Assembly: GCA_041862515.1 (NCBI GenBank)
Contig: JBGVTJ010000175.1
Span: 1-52,656 of the forward strand
Direction: 5' to 3'
DNA length: 52,656 bases
From: Thermodesulfobacteriota bacterium
GTDB lineage: Bacteria; Desulfobacterota; BSN033; WVXP01; G020346125
Positions within the stretch are counted from its first letter, which is position 1, and each line of letters opens with the position of its first letter. The notes under the pieces are model-generated. The model saw only the letters and a program-made list of their open reading frames with translations, searched no databases and was not told the DNA's origin. Made by a program: the position numbers and the translations under genes. Positions 40,453 through 51,156 of this stretch are shown here, piece by piece.

Positions 40453-40837
40453 GATTCCTCCGAAGGAAAATATAGTCTCTCTATTTCATTTCTTCCCGCA
40501 GACTTATCCCTGGCGAGGATCTCTTTGGTCGATAGAATTCACAATGAAAGTCGTCTCACGAAGGACATCACATAAAGGCCTAGAGATCTTAATATGTTAG
40601 ATATCATAAAAGTGGGGTGATGTTAAGAAGAAAAAAGATACCAACAATTCGGCCTGAAGCGGAATCTCCGAACCGGTCTTGCAGGGGGGAATACGGTCCC
40701 CGTCTAACCCCAAAGGAGAGTGTTCATCATAAGGAACCGGGGAATCGATCTACAGATCAACGCAAGAGCAAATTGAGATCAGAGGATCAAGGTGAAGACC
40801 GGTTTCTTACCTGAAACCGAGGTCCTACACCGAAGGG

Positions 40838-41071
40838 CTATTCCTCAACCTGTTTCACATCGCCCTCTCCGTTCTCCTCTCCGAGAGGTTCAACGAAGTA
40901 AACCTTTCTCGCTGCCACTTCCCTGAGGGCGGTTACAATGGTCCGATTAGTCGATTCAGCCACTGGTTTTGCCCCTCTTATGAGCATCTTTGCTCGCCTT
41001 GCAGCCAACATAACCAGCTCAAAACGGCTGCTCACCTTCTCCAAACAATCCTCTACGGTAATCCTCGCCAT
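40838..41071 (-). CDS. rpoZ: RNA polymerase omega subunit
   Basis: [10 protein letters not shown]...RFELV..AARRA...ALREVA. Confidence 0.95.
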   Translation of the reverse strand: MARITVEDCLEKVSSRFELVMLAARRAKMLIRGAKPVAESTNRTIVTALREVAARKVYFVEPLGEENGEGDVKQVEE

Positions 41072-41086
41072 GTGTCTCCCTCACTG

Positions 41087-41692
41087 CTAAAGCTTATGAA
41101 TGCTAATCCGCTCTAAAACCCTTTCCCGCCGGCATCGTTCGGCGATAATGATGGATTTCAGCTGTTCGGCAGCTTCATCGATTCTATCGTTGACGATGAT
41201 GTAATCATACCACCTGGCTTGCTTCATTTCATCCCTTGCTTGAGCCATCCGAAACTGAATCACCTCCTGTCCATCGACCTTTCTGGCGTTCAACCTCTGC
41301 TCCAATGCCTCCAAGGATGGGGGTAATATGAAGATAAAAACCCCGCCGTCGAAGCGTTCCTCTATCTGCCTCGCCCCTTGACTGTCAATATCCAATATCA
41401 GATCGACCCCTTGGGATCGACTTTCCTGCAGGGAATCCAAGGAACTACCATATCGGTTCCCTAAAACCTCTGCCCATTCCGCAAAAGCCCCCTTCTCCAC
41501 CATCTCCTGAAATTGTTGAGGGGTAATGAAATGATAATCCTCTCCATCCCGCTCGCCAGACCTTGGAGGCCTCGTGGTATAAGAAATGGAAAACCGTATA
41601 TCGGGGAAATAACTCATTACCCGCTTCAGTATAGTTGTCTTCCCTCCCCCTGAGGGAGCCGAAACGATATAGAGCAATCCTTCCCTCTTCAT
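41087..41692 (-). CDS. gmk: guanylate kinase
   Basis: SAPSGGGKTT, SYTTRPPR, DIDSQGA. Confidence 0.95.
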   Translation of the reverse strand: MKREGLLYIVSAPSGGGKTTILKRVMSYFPDIRFSISYTTRPPRSGERDGEDYHFITPQQFQEMVEKGAFAEWAEVLGNRYGSSLDSLQESRSQGVDLILDIDSQGARQIEERFDGGVFIFILPPSLEALEQRLNARKVDGQEVIQFRMAQARDEMKQARWYDYIIVNDRIDEAAEQLKSIIIAERCRRERVLERISIHKL

Positions 41693-41710
41693 CTCCAAGC
41701 CCTTCCGAAA

Positions 41711-41965
41711 TCATCCCTCCCTTTCATCGGAAATGAACCGCTGGGTTACTGTCTCCGCCTGAACAGCCGAAAGGATAACGTGATTACTATCGGTGATGAT
41801 GATGGAACGGGTCCTCCTTCCCTGGGTAGCATCCACCAGCAACCCGGCCTCCCTTGCTCCCTCCTTTAGCCTTTTTATCGGGGCTGAACTTGGGGTGACG
41901 ATGGCGACCACCCTTGAAGTCACCACAACGTTTCCAAAACCGATGTTCAATAGTTTGGGAACCAT
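41711..41965 (-). CDS. remA: DUF370/RemA family protein
   Basis: [22 protein letters not shown]. Confidence 0.9.
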   Translation of the reverse strand: MVPKLLNIGFGNVVVTSRVVAIVTPSSAPIKRLKEGAREAGLLVDATQGRRTRSIIITDSNHVILSAVQAETVTQRFISDEREG

Positions 41966-41998
41966 ACACGACCTCCATAGGGAAAAAACATCGCCCTT

Positions 41999-42877
41999 TT
42001 ACTCGATATTCTGAATCTGTTCTCTCATCTTCTCCAGTTCCGCCTTGATCTCTACCACCTTCTGAGAGATGAGGACATCATTGGCTTTGGCGCTGATGGT
42101 ATTCACCTCCCTGTGGATCTCTTGGAGCAAGAAATCCATTTTCCGCCCTACGGGTTCATCCGATTCCAACATTTGACCGAATTGCCTCAGATGGCTATCG
42201 ATCCGAACCACTTCTTCAGTGATATCGCACCGATCTGCGAAATACGCCACCTCTTGATGAAGCCTCGAGCTGTCGATTTCCATCCCTTTCCCTATCTCGG
42301 CAAGCCGGTCCGAGAGCCTCTTACGATAAGCCTCCAACACCGATGGAGATCGATCCTTCACCTCGTCTATATGGCGGGCGATCCGTTTCAACCTCCCTTC
42401 CAGATCGAGGACCAAGTTTTTTCCCTCACTTTCCCTCATTGCCTTAAGAGCATCCAGACAGCTCAGCAAAACCCCCGATATCTCCTCCCAAAGGGGGGCG
42501 ACGTCTCCGTCTACCTCCTTCGCCGTGATGACATCCTTAGCCCGCAAAACGAGATCAAGGGTGACCTCCCCCGCTATGTTGAGCTTCGACTTTAAGCTTT
42601 CAAGGGCATGCACGTACATCTGAGCTACCTCGATGTTGGGCTCGAGCTTGAATTGATCTTTCCCGCCGGAATCCATCTCGATGGAGATATCGAACCGTCC
42701 CCTGGAAAAATGGGCCTGCACCATCTCCTTAATCCGAGTCTCAAGGGGGGACAACTTCTTGGGAAACCTCAAATTGATGTCGAGATACCGGTGGTTATTT
42801 GACCTCGCTTCGGCAGTAACCCTTCCCAGAGAAATGACCTTCTGCGCTATTCCATAACCAGTCATGCTCCTGATCAT
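41999..42877 (-). CDS. yicC: YicC/YloC family endoribonuclease
   Basis: SMTGYG, NHRYLD, DITEE, GRKMDFLLQE, REQIQNIE. Confidence 0.93.
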   Translation of the reverse strand: MIRSMTGYGIAQKVISLGRVTAEARSNNHRYLDINLRFPKKLSPLETRIKEMVQAHFSRGRFDISIEMDSGGKDQFKLEPNIEVAQMYVHALESLKSKLNIAGEVTLDLVLRAKDVITAKEVDGDVAPLWEEISGVLLSCLDALKAMRESEGKNLVLDLEGRLKRIARHIDEVKDRSPSVLEAYRKRLSDRLAEIGKGMEIDSSRLHQEVAYFADRCDITEEVVRIDSHLRQFGQMLESDEPVGRKMDFLLQEIHREVNTISAKANDVLISQKVVEIKAELEKMREQIQNIE

Positions 42878-42878
42878 G

Positions 42879-43412
42879 CTACGTCCCTTCTCCCTTTAAC
42901 TGCTTCAAGTAACTCCTCCTGAGTCCATTCATCAATTCAATGACCTCCCCTTGACGATAGTCGGGGTATGTCCACTCTTGCGGTCTAAAGGATCCCCTCC
43001 GAAAAACGAGGGTCAGATCCGCATAAATACCATCCCGAAAATAAACCCGGTGAGCAAAGCCCTTGGTAGTTGCCAAGACCAAGTTCTCCTCTGAGAGGAC
43101 CCCCGGGTCTATGTTCACCTTTCTGCACCCATCGCGACAGTATCTCTCTTCAACTCCGTTCGTCCTCTTCTTGATGTCCGCAAGGGCCTCTCTTTGAACA
43201 AGTTCCTTGAAGGCGATAAACCTCCTGAAGAGCGGGGCCCCCATCTCCCCATCGTAATACCTCGTGAAATCAAAGGGAAGCAAATCGCTGAGGAGATCGA
43301 CTTCTCCATAAATGGCCTTCAAATCCTCCATAGCCCGCATCAATGTTCCATCTTCGGCTGAAATCAAACTCATCATCAGCTTAGCTGGCTTCGGAACCCT
43401 TGGCGTACCCAT
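42879..43412 (-). CDS. DUF4416 family protein
   Basis: FDFTRYY..EMG, RKVNIDPG, LATTK, WTYPDY. Confidence 0.85.
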   Translation of the reverse strand: MGTPRVPKPAKLMMSLISAEDGTLMRAMEDLKAIYGEVDLLSDLLPFDFTRYYDGEMGAPLFRRFIAFKELVQREALADIKKRTNGVEERYCRDGCRKVNIDPGVLSEENLVLATTKGFAHRVYFRDGIYADLTLVFRRGSFRPQEWTYPDYRQGEVIELMNGLRRSYLKQLKGEGT

Positions 43413-43452
43413 ATAACCCTTGCCCGAAATGATGCCCCCACCTATATCAGCT

Positions 43453-44199
43453 TTATGCCTTCGGGATCTTCTCCAGGTGGATGAAGAATTCCCTATTACC
43501 CTTTGGCCCCAGCAGCGGAGATTCCATCGTTTCACCAACCCTTAAACCAATTGACTCCGAAAAACGGGAGATCCGATCGAGAACCTGCTGATGTTTCAAC
43601 CTTTCCCTCACCACACCACCTTTCCCAACCTCCCCCCTTCCCACCTCAAACTGTGGCTTCAACAAGGCCACTATCTCCCCTCCATCCCTCATCATGGGAA
43701 GTATATTGTCGAGGAATTTCACTACAGAGATGAAGGAAGTATCGATAACCACCAAATCCACCTTCTCCCCTACTTCTGGGGGCCTCAAATAGCGGATGTT
43801 CTTCCTTTCGAGGCTCACCACTCGTGGATCGTTCCTCAGTTTCCAGGCCAGCTGCCCATAACCCACGTCAATTGCATAGACCCTCTTGGCTCCCCTTTGG
43901 AGCAAACAATCGGTAAATCCCCCCGTTGAAGCACCCACATCCATGGCTACCTTCCCCTTCGGGTCTACCTGAAATCTACGGAGGGCCTTTTCCAGCTTAA
44001 GTCCTCCCCGGCTCACATAAGGATGATCACTCCCTTTTACCCGAATTTGCGAATCGGGATTCACGAGGCTTCCCGCCTTGTCAACTACTCGATCATCCAC
44101 CATAACCATACCAGCCAGAATAATGGTTTTGGCCCTTTCCCGGGATATAGCGAGTCCCTTATCCACCAGGAGTTTATCCAGCCTTTCGCGCCTCTTCAT
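43453..44199 (-). CDS. tlyA: TlyA family rRNA methyltransferase/hemolysin
   Basis: S4 domain, [30 protein letters not shown]. Confidence 0.95.
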   Translation of the reverse strand: MKRRERLDKLLVDKGLAISRERAKTIILAGMVMVDDRVVDKAGSLVNPDSQIRVKGSDHPYVSRGGLKLEKALRRFQVDPKGKVAMDVGASTGGFTDCLLQRGAKRVYAIDVGYGQLAWKLRNDPRVVSLERKNIRYLRPPEVGEKVDLVVIDTSFISVVKFLDNILPMMRDGGEIVALLKPQFEVGRGEVGKGGVVRERLKHQQVLDRISRFSESIGLRVGETMESPLLGPKGNREFFIHLEKIPKA

Positions 44200-46127
44200 T
44201 GCAGCAAAATTCTTTTTCCAAATTCCATAGTGCCGTGCTTTCCCCTGTGTACCCCCAGGACCATTTCCCTTGCCACCTCCGCAATTCCCTCAATATTGAG
44301 TCCATACTTTCCCCTGAGGGTTTCCTGTGGGCCGTGCTCCACAAATCGGTCAGGGATCCCAATACGTCTTACCTTCACCTCGGAAAGCTCCCTTTCTTGG
44401 AAAAGCTCCAGGACCGCGCTGCCAAAGCCACCGTCCAATACATTCTCTTCAACGGTGAGGACCTTCCCCAGTCTTTCAGCATGAGTACAAATTAACTCCC
44501 CATCCAGGGGTTTCACGAAACGACAGTTGATGACCGAAGCCCTCATCCCATGCTCTAATAACCTATGGGCCGCCTCTAAGCTCGGGTAGACAGTGGATCC
44601 GATAGCCAAGATAAGCAAATCATCTCCCTCCAGCAGAACTTCTCCTTTTCCCACCTCCAGTGCTTTCGGCTCTCGGTCCACCTTCACACCATATCCAGTC
44701 CCCCTTGGGTAGCGAAAGGCAATAGGTTTCTTCCACTCGATGGCTGTCTTGATCATATGTTGAAACTCATTTTCATCCTTCGGGGCCATTACAACCATAT
44801 TGGGCAGGTGTCTGAGGTAGGAAAAATCGAAGAGCCCGTGGTGGGTTGGCCCATCACTCCCCACCATTCCCCCCCTATCCAAGGCAAAAACCACGGGCAA
44901 GTTCTGGAGACAAACGTCCTGTTGAACCTGATCATATGCCCTCTGCAAAAAGGTGGAATAGATGGCCAACACCGGTTTGAAACCCTCAATGGCCAACCCG
45001 GCAGCAAAGGTAACGGCGTGTTGTTCGGCGATCCCAATGTCGAAGAACCTTTCAACAAATCCCTTTGAATATCCCCTCAACCCCGTTCCATCTTCCATCG
45101 CTGCAGTGATGGCAATGATCTTATCGTCTTGTTCAGCCAATTGAACTAAGGTCTTCCCAAAGACCTCGCTATAGGTTGGAGGCGCATCTCCCCTCTTATG
45201 CAGCTCTCCTGTCTCGATATGAAAGGGGCCGACGCCATGGAATCGGGATGGATCGGACTCTGCAGGAGAATACCCTTTTCCCTTCTTAGTCAAAACATGG
45301 ACCAATATCGGTCCCTCCATTTTCGCTACATTGGAGAAGGTCTCAACGAGGTGATCCAATCGATGGCCTTCGATGGGTCCGATATATTCAAACCCCAATT
45401 CTTCGAAGAGCAACCCGGGAGTGAGAAACCCCTTAAAGGAATCCTCCGCCTGTTTGACGATTTTATACATGGATTTTCCAATACCCGGAAGGGTTTGCAG
45501 GAAGGCCTTCATCTCAGTACGGAATCGGTTCACGAATCGCCCCGTCAGAACTCGACTCAGGTAGGACGCCAAGGCCCCAACATTAGGGGAGATGGACATC
45601 TCATTGTCGTTAAGTACCACGATGAAGTCCTTTCCCAGATGGCCTGCCTGATTTAACCCTTCGAAGGCCAAACCTCCCGTCATGGAACCGTCTCCGATTA
45701 TGGCGATAACCCTCCTCTTATCCCCTTTGAGGGATCTGGCTATGGCCATTCCCAAAGCGGACGAAATCGAGGTACTGCTGTGGCCGGTATCGAAGCAGTC
45801 ATGAGGGCTTTCTTCCCTCTTGGGAAAACCACTTAAGCCCCCAAACTGCCGAAGGGTCTTGAACCTCTGCTTCCTGCCCGTAAGGAGCTTATGTGTATAG
45901 GTCTGATGTCCCACATCCCAGACCAACTTATCAGTGGGTGAATTGAAGACATAATGGAGGGCGATGGTCAACTCCACCACCCCGAGGTTGGAAGCCAGGT
46001 GTCCTCCCGTCAATGATACCGTTTTGATGATCTCCTCTCGTATTTCAGCGGCCAAGAGGGGCAATTGATTCTTTTCCAATGCCTTTAGGTCAGACGGCGA
46101 GCCTATACGGTCCAACAATTTTTCCAT
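44196..46127 (-). CDS. dxs: 1-deoxy-D-xylulose-5-phosphate synthase (canonical locus)
   Basis: All DXS motifs; xseB-ispA-dxs-tlyA synteny. Confidence 0.96.
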   Translation of the reverse strand: MEKLLDRIGSPSDLKALEKNQLPLLAAEIREEIIKTVSLTGGHLASNLGVVELTIALHYVFNSPTDKLVWDVGHQTYTHKLLTGRKQRFKTLRQFGGLSGFPKREESPHDCFDTGHSSTSISSALGMAIARSLKGDKRRVIAIIGDGSMTGGLAFEGLNQAGHLGKDFIVVLNDNEMSISPNVGALASYLSRVLTGRFVNRFRTEMKAFLQTLPGIGKSMYKIVKQAEDSFKGFLTPGLLFEELGFEYIGPIEGHRLDHLVETFSNVAKMEGPILVHVLTKKGKGYSPAESDPSRFHGVGPFHIETGELHKRGDAPPTYSEVFGKTLVQLAEQDDKIIAITAAMEDGTGLRGYSKGFVERFFDIGIAEQHAVTFAAGLAIEGFKPVLAIYSTFLQRAYDQVQQDVCLQNLPVVFALDRGGMVGSDGPTHHGLFDFSYLRHLPNMVVMAPKDENEFQHMIKTAIEWKKPIAFRYPRGTGYGVKVDREPKALEVGKGEVLLEGDDLLILAIGSTVYPSLEAAHRLLEHGMRASVINCRFVKPLDGELICTHAERLGKVLTVEENVLDGGFGSAVLELFQERELSEVKVRRIGIPDRFVEHGPQETLRGKYGLNIEGIAEVAREMVLGVHRGKHGTMEFGKRILLQ

Positions 46128-46192
46128 CCCTTCCAACCTCAAGGGGATTTTGTCTTCCGTCTCTTGATCAACATTGCATCTTTTGAGTGATA

Positions 46193-47083
46193 TTAGGAGC
46201 TACGTTTCCCGATGTACTGGGCGATCTCTCGGAAGGGCTCCCCCCTGTTTCCGAAGGGTTCCATGGCAGCTACTGCTTGACCGATCAATTCGTTGCATCT
46301 CCGCTTAGACTCCTCCAGTCCTAAGAGGGCCGGATAGGTAATCTTGTCCCGGGCCTTGTCGACTCCAGGGGCTCTCCCCATGGAGGCCCGGCTTCCCTCC
46401 ACATCCAAGATATCATCGGTTATTTGAAAGGCCAAACCGATGGCCCTGCCATATTTGGTAAGGGCCTCCATCTCTCTGTCTGTCGCTCCTCCTAAACATC
46501 CTCCCGTCCTTACGGAAACCAAGATCAGAGAGCCCGTCTTGTGGGTATGGATGAATTCAAGTATGGGTAATTCCACCTTTTTCCCTTCGGATTCGATGTC
46601 AACGACCTGCCCGGCTATCATTCCCGCAAATCCCGCTGCCCTGGATATCTCGTCGATCACCCGGATGGCAACTCGCGGGTCCCCTTCCCCTCTCAGCCCC
46701 TCCCTGCTCATGAGGTGAAATGCCTCAGTTAAGAGGGCATCCCCCGCCAGAGTGGCCATGGCTTCCCCGAATACCTTATGGCTCGTCGGCTTTCCCCTTC
46801 GGTAATCATCGTTATCCAAGGCGGGGAGATCATCATGGATGAGGGAGTAGGTGTGGATGAGTTCCAGGCCGCAGGCGTATGGTAAAATTCCATTCCCTTT
46901 TCCTCCGACGACTTCATAAGCGGTCATGGCCAGGATGGGCCTGATTCTCTTCCCGCCGGGAAAGAGGGTGTATCGTATGGCCCTGTAAAGGGACTGGGGA
47001 AAATCGGTCTCCTTGGGGATAATTTTTTCCAGAGCTCCATCGACAATCCTCTTTTTTCCCTCAAGGTACTCGACGATATCCAT
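46193..47083 (-). CDS. ispA: farnesyl/geranylgeranyl diphosphate synthase
   Basis: [31 protein letters not shown]. Confidence 0.92.
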   Translation of the reverse strand: MDIVEYLEGKKRIVDGALEKIIPKETDFPQSLYRAIRYTLFPGGKRIRPILAMTAYEVVGGKGNGILPYACGLELIHTYSLIHDDLPALDNDDYRRGKPTSHKVFGEAMATLAGDALLTEAFHLMSREGLRGEGDPRVAIRVIDEISRAAGFAGMIAGQVVDIESEGKKVELPILEFIHTHKTGSLILVSVRTGGCLGGATDREMEALTKYGRAIGLAFQITDDILDVEGSRASMGRAPGVDKARDKITYPALLGLEESKRRCNELIGQAVAAMEPFGNRGEPFREIAQYIGKRSS

Positions 47084-47097
47084 TTCTCCTCCGGGGT

Positions 47098-47346
47098 TTA
47101 TTCTTCTACCGTCTCTTCCGGCTCGAATGGGCGAGGTTCCAACTTTCCCCCGTTTCCCTTGAGGAGCACCTCCACCTTTTTCTGGGCTTCATTCAGCTTT
47201 TGATTGCAAAAACGCGACAGTCTTATCCCTTCCTCGAAAAGCTTTAAGGATTCCTCCAAGGGCAAATCGCCATTTTCCAGTCGGGCCACGATGGATTCCA
47301 ACTGGCTCAGTGCATCCTCAAAGGTCTTCTTTCCCTTTCTATCCAT
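47098..47346 (-). CDS. xseB: exodeoxyribonuclease VII small subunit
   Basis: FEDALSQLESIV..LE.G.LPLEESL..FEEG. Confidence 0.95.
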   Translation of the reverse strand: MDRKGKKTFEDALSQLESIVARLENGDLPLEESLKLFEEGIRLSRFCNQKLNEAQKKVEVLLKGNGGKLEPRPFEPEETVEE

Positions 47347-47380
47347 ATCAAATTACCTTTAGTATACACCCCCTGCCCCC

Positions 47381-48370
47381 TCAGTCAAGAGTTTTCCCCC
47401 CTTGACCGAGATTTTCGCCATTTTTTGTACTCTTTTTCCTCTTTTCTTCCAAATATCTCCGTTTACGAACTATTTTTATGGTTTGCCTGTCGTTGGCAGT
47501 AGACTCCATCAACGAAAGGGGATCTACCCTGGCCCCGTTAATACGAACACCCCAGTGGAGGTGAGGACCTGTGGCCCTTCCCGTTTGTCCCACCGTACCG
47601 ATGACATCACCCCTTCTTACTCCTTGGTTCATTCGGACCGCTACCCTATCCAAATGCATGTAAAAAGTGAACAACCGTTGACCATGATCTACCACTACCG
47701 TCCTTCCCCCGAAAAAGAGCTCGTCCACCATGACTACCCTTCCGTCATTAGGGCAAAGGACCTTCGTCCCCCGTTGGGCCTTAATATCAATACCATTGTG
47801 TCGCCCCCTTCTCTCGCCATTGATAATCCTCCTTACACCGAAGAAGGCGTTGATCCTTCCCTCCGCGGGGGCTGAAAACTCCCCATACCACCTGCGATCC
47901 TCGCTTCCTGCGGCCCATAACGCCTCCATTCTCCTCGTCTCCTCTTTTACCCGTTTCAGGGATTGGAGGTCTAAATGGACCAGCTCCTCAGGAACGGTAA
48001 TCCTCTGAACGCCGAAAATGGCCCTCATCACCTCTATCTGGAACATCCGGCCACTCACCCCGCTTCCCCCCTCAACGGCGATGCTCAACTGGTAGGGCCC
48101 CGCCGGAGATTCCAAATCCACCCCGATCAGGGCCTCATAGCCTGTCCCATTTTCCTGGGGATAGAAAACAATCTCCTCGCCTTGAAAATCCCCCGACGGT
48201 ACTCCCCCTCCATCAGGGGTCAGCCTGATCCTGAAAACATCTCCTTGCTTGAGCGATGAAGGGATTCCCTCCATTCTCCAGATATCCTGCCCACCGAAAC
48301 AGAGCCCCCAACCCAAAGGGGCAATCAATAAGAAGGAGACTATGGCAAGCTTGATTCCTCTACTTCGCAT
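47381..48370 (-). CDS. M23 family metallopeptidase
   Basis: HNGID, YMHL, TGPHLHW; signal-like N-terminus. Confidence 0.9.
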   Translation of the reverse strand: MRSRGIKLAIVSFLLIAPLGWGLCFGGQDIWRMEGIPSSLKQGDVFRIRLTPDGGGVPSGDFQGEEIVFYPQENGTGYEALIGVDLESPAGPYQLSIAVEGGSGVSGRMFQIEVMRAIFGVQRITVPEELVHLDLQSLKRVKEETRRMEALWAAGSEDRRWYGEFSAPAEGRINAFFGVRRIINGERRGRHNGIDIKAQRGTKVLCPNDGRVVMVDELFFGGRTVVVDHGQRLFTFYMHLDRVAVRMNQGVRRGDVIGTVGQTGRATGPHLHWGVRINGARVDPLSLMESTANDRQTIKIVRKRRYLEEKRKKSTKNGENLGQGGKTLD

Positions 48371-49680
48371 ATAATCTCTCCCCGATAGAACTTCACCCTT
48401 ACCCTCTCGCCCCTCTCCACCGAGCGTGCGTCCTTTACGATCTCATCGGAGGGGTGTTTCCTCGTGATACTATATCCCCGCTTGAGTATGGCTAACGGGC
48501 TGAGGTTATCCAGATTAGAGACCAACTGCCTCACTTGATGTTCCCGCTCCCCTATTCCCTTCTGGATGGAACCGCTCAGCTCCTTGGTCAATTGCGAAAC
48601 TCTCAATGCATATCCTTCGGCCCTCTCATGAGGATTCCTGTAAAGCAGTTTTTCCCTCAAGCTGTTGATCTTATCCTGAGCCAGCAACACGAGCCGATGG
48701 CTTTCCGAAGATAGGCGCCGCGATAATTCATTGAGACGTTCCCAAAACCTCTCCACCCTCTTGCGGGGATCTATCAATCCCCCCCTCGCCTGAGCGACCC
48801 GACCCGTCAAAAACCCCACGTGCTGCCTCATGCAGCCCATCATTCTCAGGTTTAAGCTTTGAATTGATCGGAGTAATTCGGCCTTCTCCCTAACAACCAG
48901 TTCAGCTGCAGCCGAAGGGGTAGGAGCCCTCAAATCCGCCACGAAATCGGCAATGGTAAAATCCGTCTCATGTCCCACCGCGGAGATGATGGGAACTCTC
49001 GATTCATAGATAACCCTTGCCACTCTCTCGTCATTGAAGGCCCATAGATCTTCAAGAGACCCCCCTCCTCTTCCCACTATGATAACCTCCACGTCTCCCA
49101 AGGCGTTCAAATCCCGGACCGCTTGAGCAATCTCAAGGGGAGATTCAGCTCCCTGGACTCTCACGGGGCAGATCAAAATCTCCACATTGGGAAAACGCCG
49201 ATGGATGATCTGCAGCATATCCCGAATTGCCGCGCCTGAGGGAGAGGTCACAATCCCGATCCGCCGGGGAACAAGGGGAAGGGATCTCTTCCGCTCCTCG
49301 TCGAAAAGCCCCTCTTTCTCCAGACGGCTCTTCAATTGCTCAAAGGCTATTTGGAGCGCCCCGACACCCTTGGGCTCCATGTAATCCACAATGAGCTGAT
49401 ATTCGCCCCGCCGCTCGTAAAGGGACACCCTTCCACGGCAGATAATCTGGAGGCCATCCTCAGGTATGAAGCGCAGATATCGCCCCTGCTGTTTGAAGAC
49501 GACGGCCCTCATCTGGCTCCATAGGTCCTTCAAGGTAAAATAGATGTGGCCTGAGGGGGGAACCCTCACATTGGAAACCTCCCCCTCTACCCAGATATCG
49601 ATGAAGTATTCCTCTAAAAGGCCCTTTATCTCCTGGGTCAATTGGCTGACGGTATAGATGTGTGGTCTATGGATTTCCAA
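48340..49680 (-). CDS. xseA: exodeoxyribonuclease VII large subunit
   Basis: SGHIYFTLKD, RGGGSLEDLWAFN, GHETD, PTPSAAAE. Confidence 0.96.
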   Translation of the reverse strand: MEIHRPHIYTVSQLTQEIKGLLEEYFIDIWVEGEVSNVRVPPSGHIYFTLKDLWSQMRAVVFKQQGRYLRFIPEDGLQIICRGRVSLYERRGEYQLIVDYMEPKGVGALQIAFEQLKSRLEKEGLFDEERKRSLPLVPRRIGIVTSPSGAAIRDMLQIIHRRFPNVEILICPVRVQGAESPLEIAQAVRDLNALGDVEVIIVGRGGGSLEDLWAFNDERVARVIYESRVPIISAVGHETDFTIADFVADLRAPTPSAAAELVVREKAELLRSIQSLNLRMMGCMRQHVGFLTGRVAQARGGLIDPRKRVERFWERLNELSRRLSSESHRLVLLAQDKINSLREKLLYRNPHERAEGYALRVSQLTKELSGSIQKGIGEREHQVRQLVSNLDNLSPLAILKRGYSITRKHPSDEIVKDARSVERGERVRVKFYRGEIICEVEESSLP

Positions 49681-49756
49681 AGATGTCTCTCCCCTCGGCC
49701 TTGTCCCGACTATACCAAAGGGGCCTCGTTATTTCAATGGGGAAAAGCCACCCGGT

Positions 49757-50006
49757 TTTCCCTCAACCTCCTCCCTCTCACCTCTTACCTCCTACCCCTC
49801 ACCCTTAACCTCAGCCTTGACCTGCAGCGGCAGCCAAACCATCGAACCCACCCAAACGATCTAAACCATCCTAACCATCTAAACGCTCTCAGCCAAATAC
49901 ACCAAACAGACCAGATAGACGAAACAGACCAGACAGACCAAATAGACGAAATAGACTAAATAGACCAGATAAACCAGACAAACCCTGGGAACTCAGGAAA
50001 CTCCAG
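49757..50006. repeat. 7-mer/9-mer tandem-array element, long copy
   Basis: C/T-rich short repeats, linker GACCTGCAGCGGCAGCC, nineteen 9-mers at 49836-50006 (e.g. AGACCAGAT, AGACGAAAT). Confidence 0.85.
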
Positions 50007-50017
50007 TGAATGTTCCC

Positions 50018-50046
50018 TTGTAGCATGTTCCCCAATCGAATATAAT
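50018..50046 (+). promoter_or_regulatory. putative sigma70 promoter
   Basis: TTGTAG-N17-TATAAT, 40 nt before ATG 50087. Confidence 0.55.
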
Positions 50047-50086
50047 AAATTGATTGAATATATGAGCATTACGCAAAGAGCATAAG

Positions 50087-50788
50087 ATGTCGATTCACTC
50101 CATTTTCGAGAGGGTAAGAGGGGAACACCGGGTCGCCTTGATGGAGACGGAGTCGAAGGCCATTTTGAAGGAAGCCGGGCTTCCCGTCATTGACTGCTGG
50201 GAAGTCCATTCCGCGCCGAAGGCTGTCCAGTTATCCAAATCCATTGGATTTCCTGTGGCGCTCAAGATCCTATCACCCAAGGTAATCCATAAATCGGAAC
50301 GGGGAGGGGTGAAGCTCAATCTCTGCACCGGGGAAGCCGTTCGAAAGGCATATCACGACATCAAAAAGGCTTTTGAGAAGATCGATCCCGACGCAGGCGT
50401 ATCGGTTCAAAAGATGGTGGACGGTGGGGTAGAGACTATCGCTGGGATGGTTCATGATCCACAATTCGGTCCAGTGATCATGTTTGGGCTTGGGGGAATC
50501 TTCGTCGAACTCCTCACGGACATCTCCTTTCGTCTCATTCCCATCGAGAGAGGAGACGCCCATCAGATGATCCGGGAGATCAAAGGTTATCCTCTCCTGC
50601 AGGGGTTTCGGGGAAAGCCTGGTGTCAATATTGGCAAGCTCGAGGAGCTTATGATGGGAATCTCAAGCCTGGCCATTAAATACCCCGAAATCTCCGAAAT
50701 GGATCTCAATCCCATCCTGGCCTATCCTGACCGCGTTCTGATTGCCGATGCCAGGATTCTATTGAAGGAGAGAGATGGCCATGTATGA
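50087..50788 (+). CDS. acetate/acyl-CoA ligase (ADP-forming) beta subunit, ATP-grasp
   Basis: GFPVALKI.S..VIHKSE.GGV, DPQFGPVIMFGLGGIFVE, EMDLNP. Confidence 0.88.
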   Translation: MSIHSIFERVRGEHRVALMETESKAILKEAGLPVIDCWEVHSAPKAVQLSKSIGFPVALKILSPKVIHKSERGGVKLNLCTGEAVRKAYHDIKKAFEKIDPDAGVSVQKMVDGGVETIAGMVHDPQFGPVIMFGLGGIFVELLTDISFRLIPIERGDAHQMIREIKGYPLLQGFRGKPGVNIGKLEELMMGISSLAIKYPEISEMDLNPILAYPDRVLIADARILLKERDGHV

Positions 50789-51152
50789 AATCAAGATCGA
50801 ATCTTCATTTTCGGGAGCTCATCACCTCAGGGGTTACGACGGGCAATGCGAAAACCTTCACGGGCACAATTGGAAGGTCGAGGTCTTCGTCTCATCATCG
50901 GAATTGGGGGACGACGGGATGGTTATAGACTTCAGGCGGTTAAAGGAAGCTGCCCAAGCGGTCCTTGAAACCCTTGACCATAGGTATCTCAACGAAATCC
51001 CCTATTTCATCGAAGTCAACCCATCATCGGAAAACATCGCCAAATATATCTTTGACCGAATGAGGAATCGGCTTGGAGAAAAAGGGGTTAGGGTAACCAA
51101 GGTGACGGCATGGGAATCCCCAGGAGCGTGCGCCTCTTATTACGAGGATTAA
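50781..51152 (+). CDS. queD: 6-carboxy-5,6,7,8-tetrahydropterin synthase
   Basis: AHHL...CENLHGHNW, LDHRYLN, PSSENIA. Confidence 0.92.
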   Translation: MYEIKIESSFSGAHHLRGYDGQCENLHGHNWKVEVFVSSSELGDDGMVIDFRRLKEAAQAVLETLDHRYLNEIPYFIEVNPSSENIAKYIFDRMRNRLGEKGVRVTKVTAWESPGACASYYED

Positions 51153-51156
51153 GAAA

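Noticed and set aside
40600-40835. 6S RNA or other ncRNA downstream of rpoZ
   Set aside because: Only short local hairpins, no end-to-end rod structure, and not the usual context.
47381-48370. M23 peptidase between xseA and xseB as an insertion
   Set aside because: To my recollection this order is common in deltaproteobacteria, and there are no mobility signs.
49642-50006. CRISPR array or the repeat-protein ORF (…TDQIDETDQ…)
   Set aside because: Units are contiguous 9-mers without spacers and there are no cas genes; the ORF is a by-product of the 9-nt periodicity and overlaps the xseA start.
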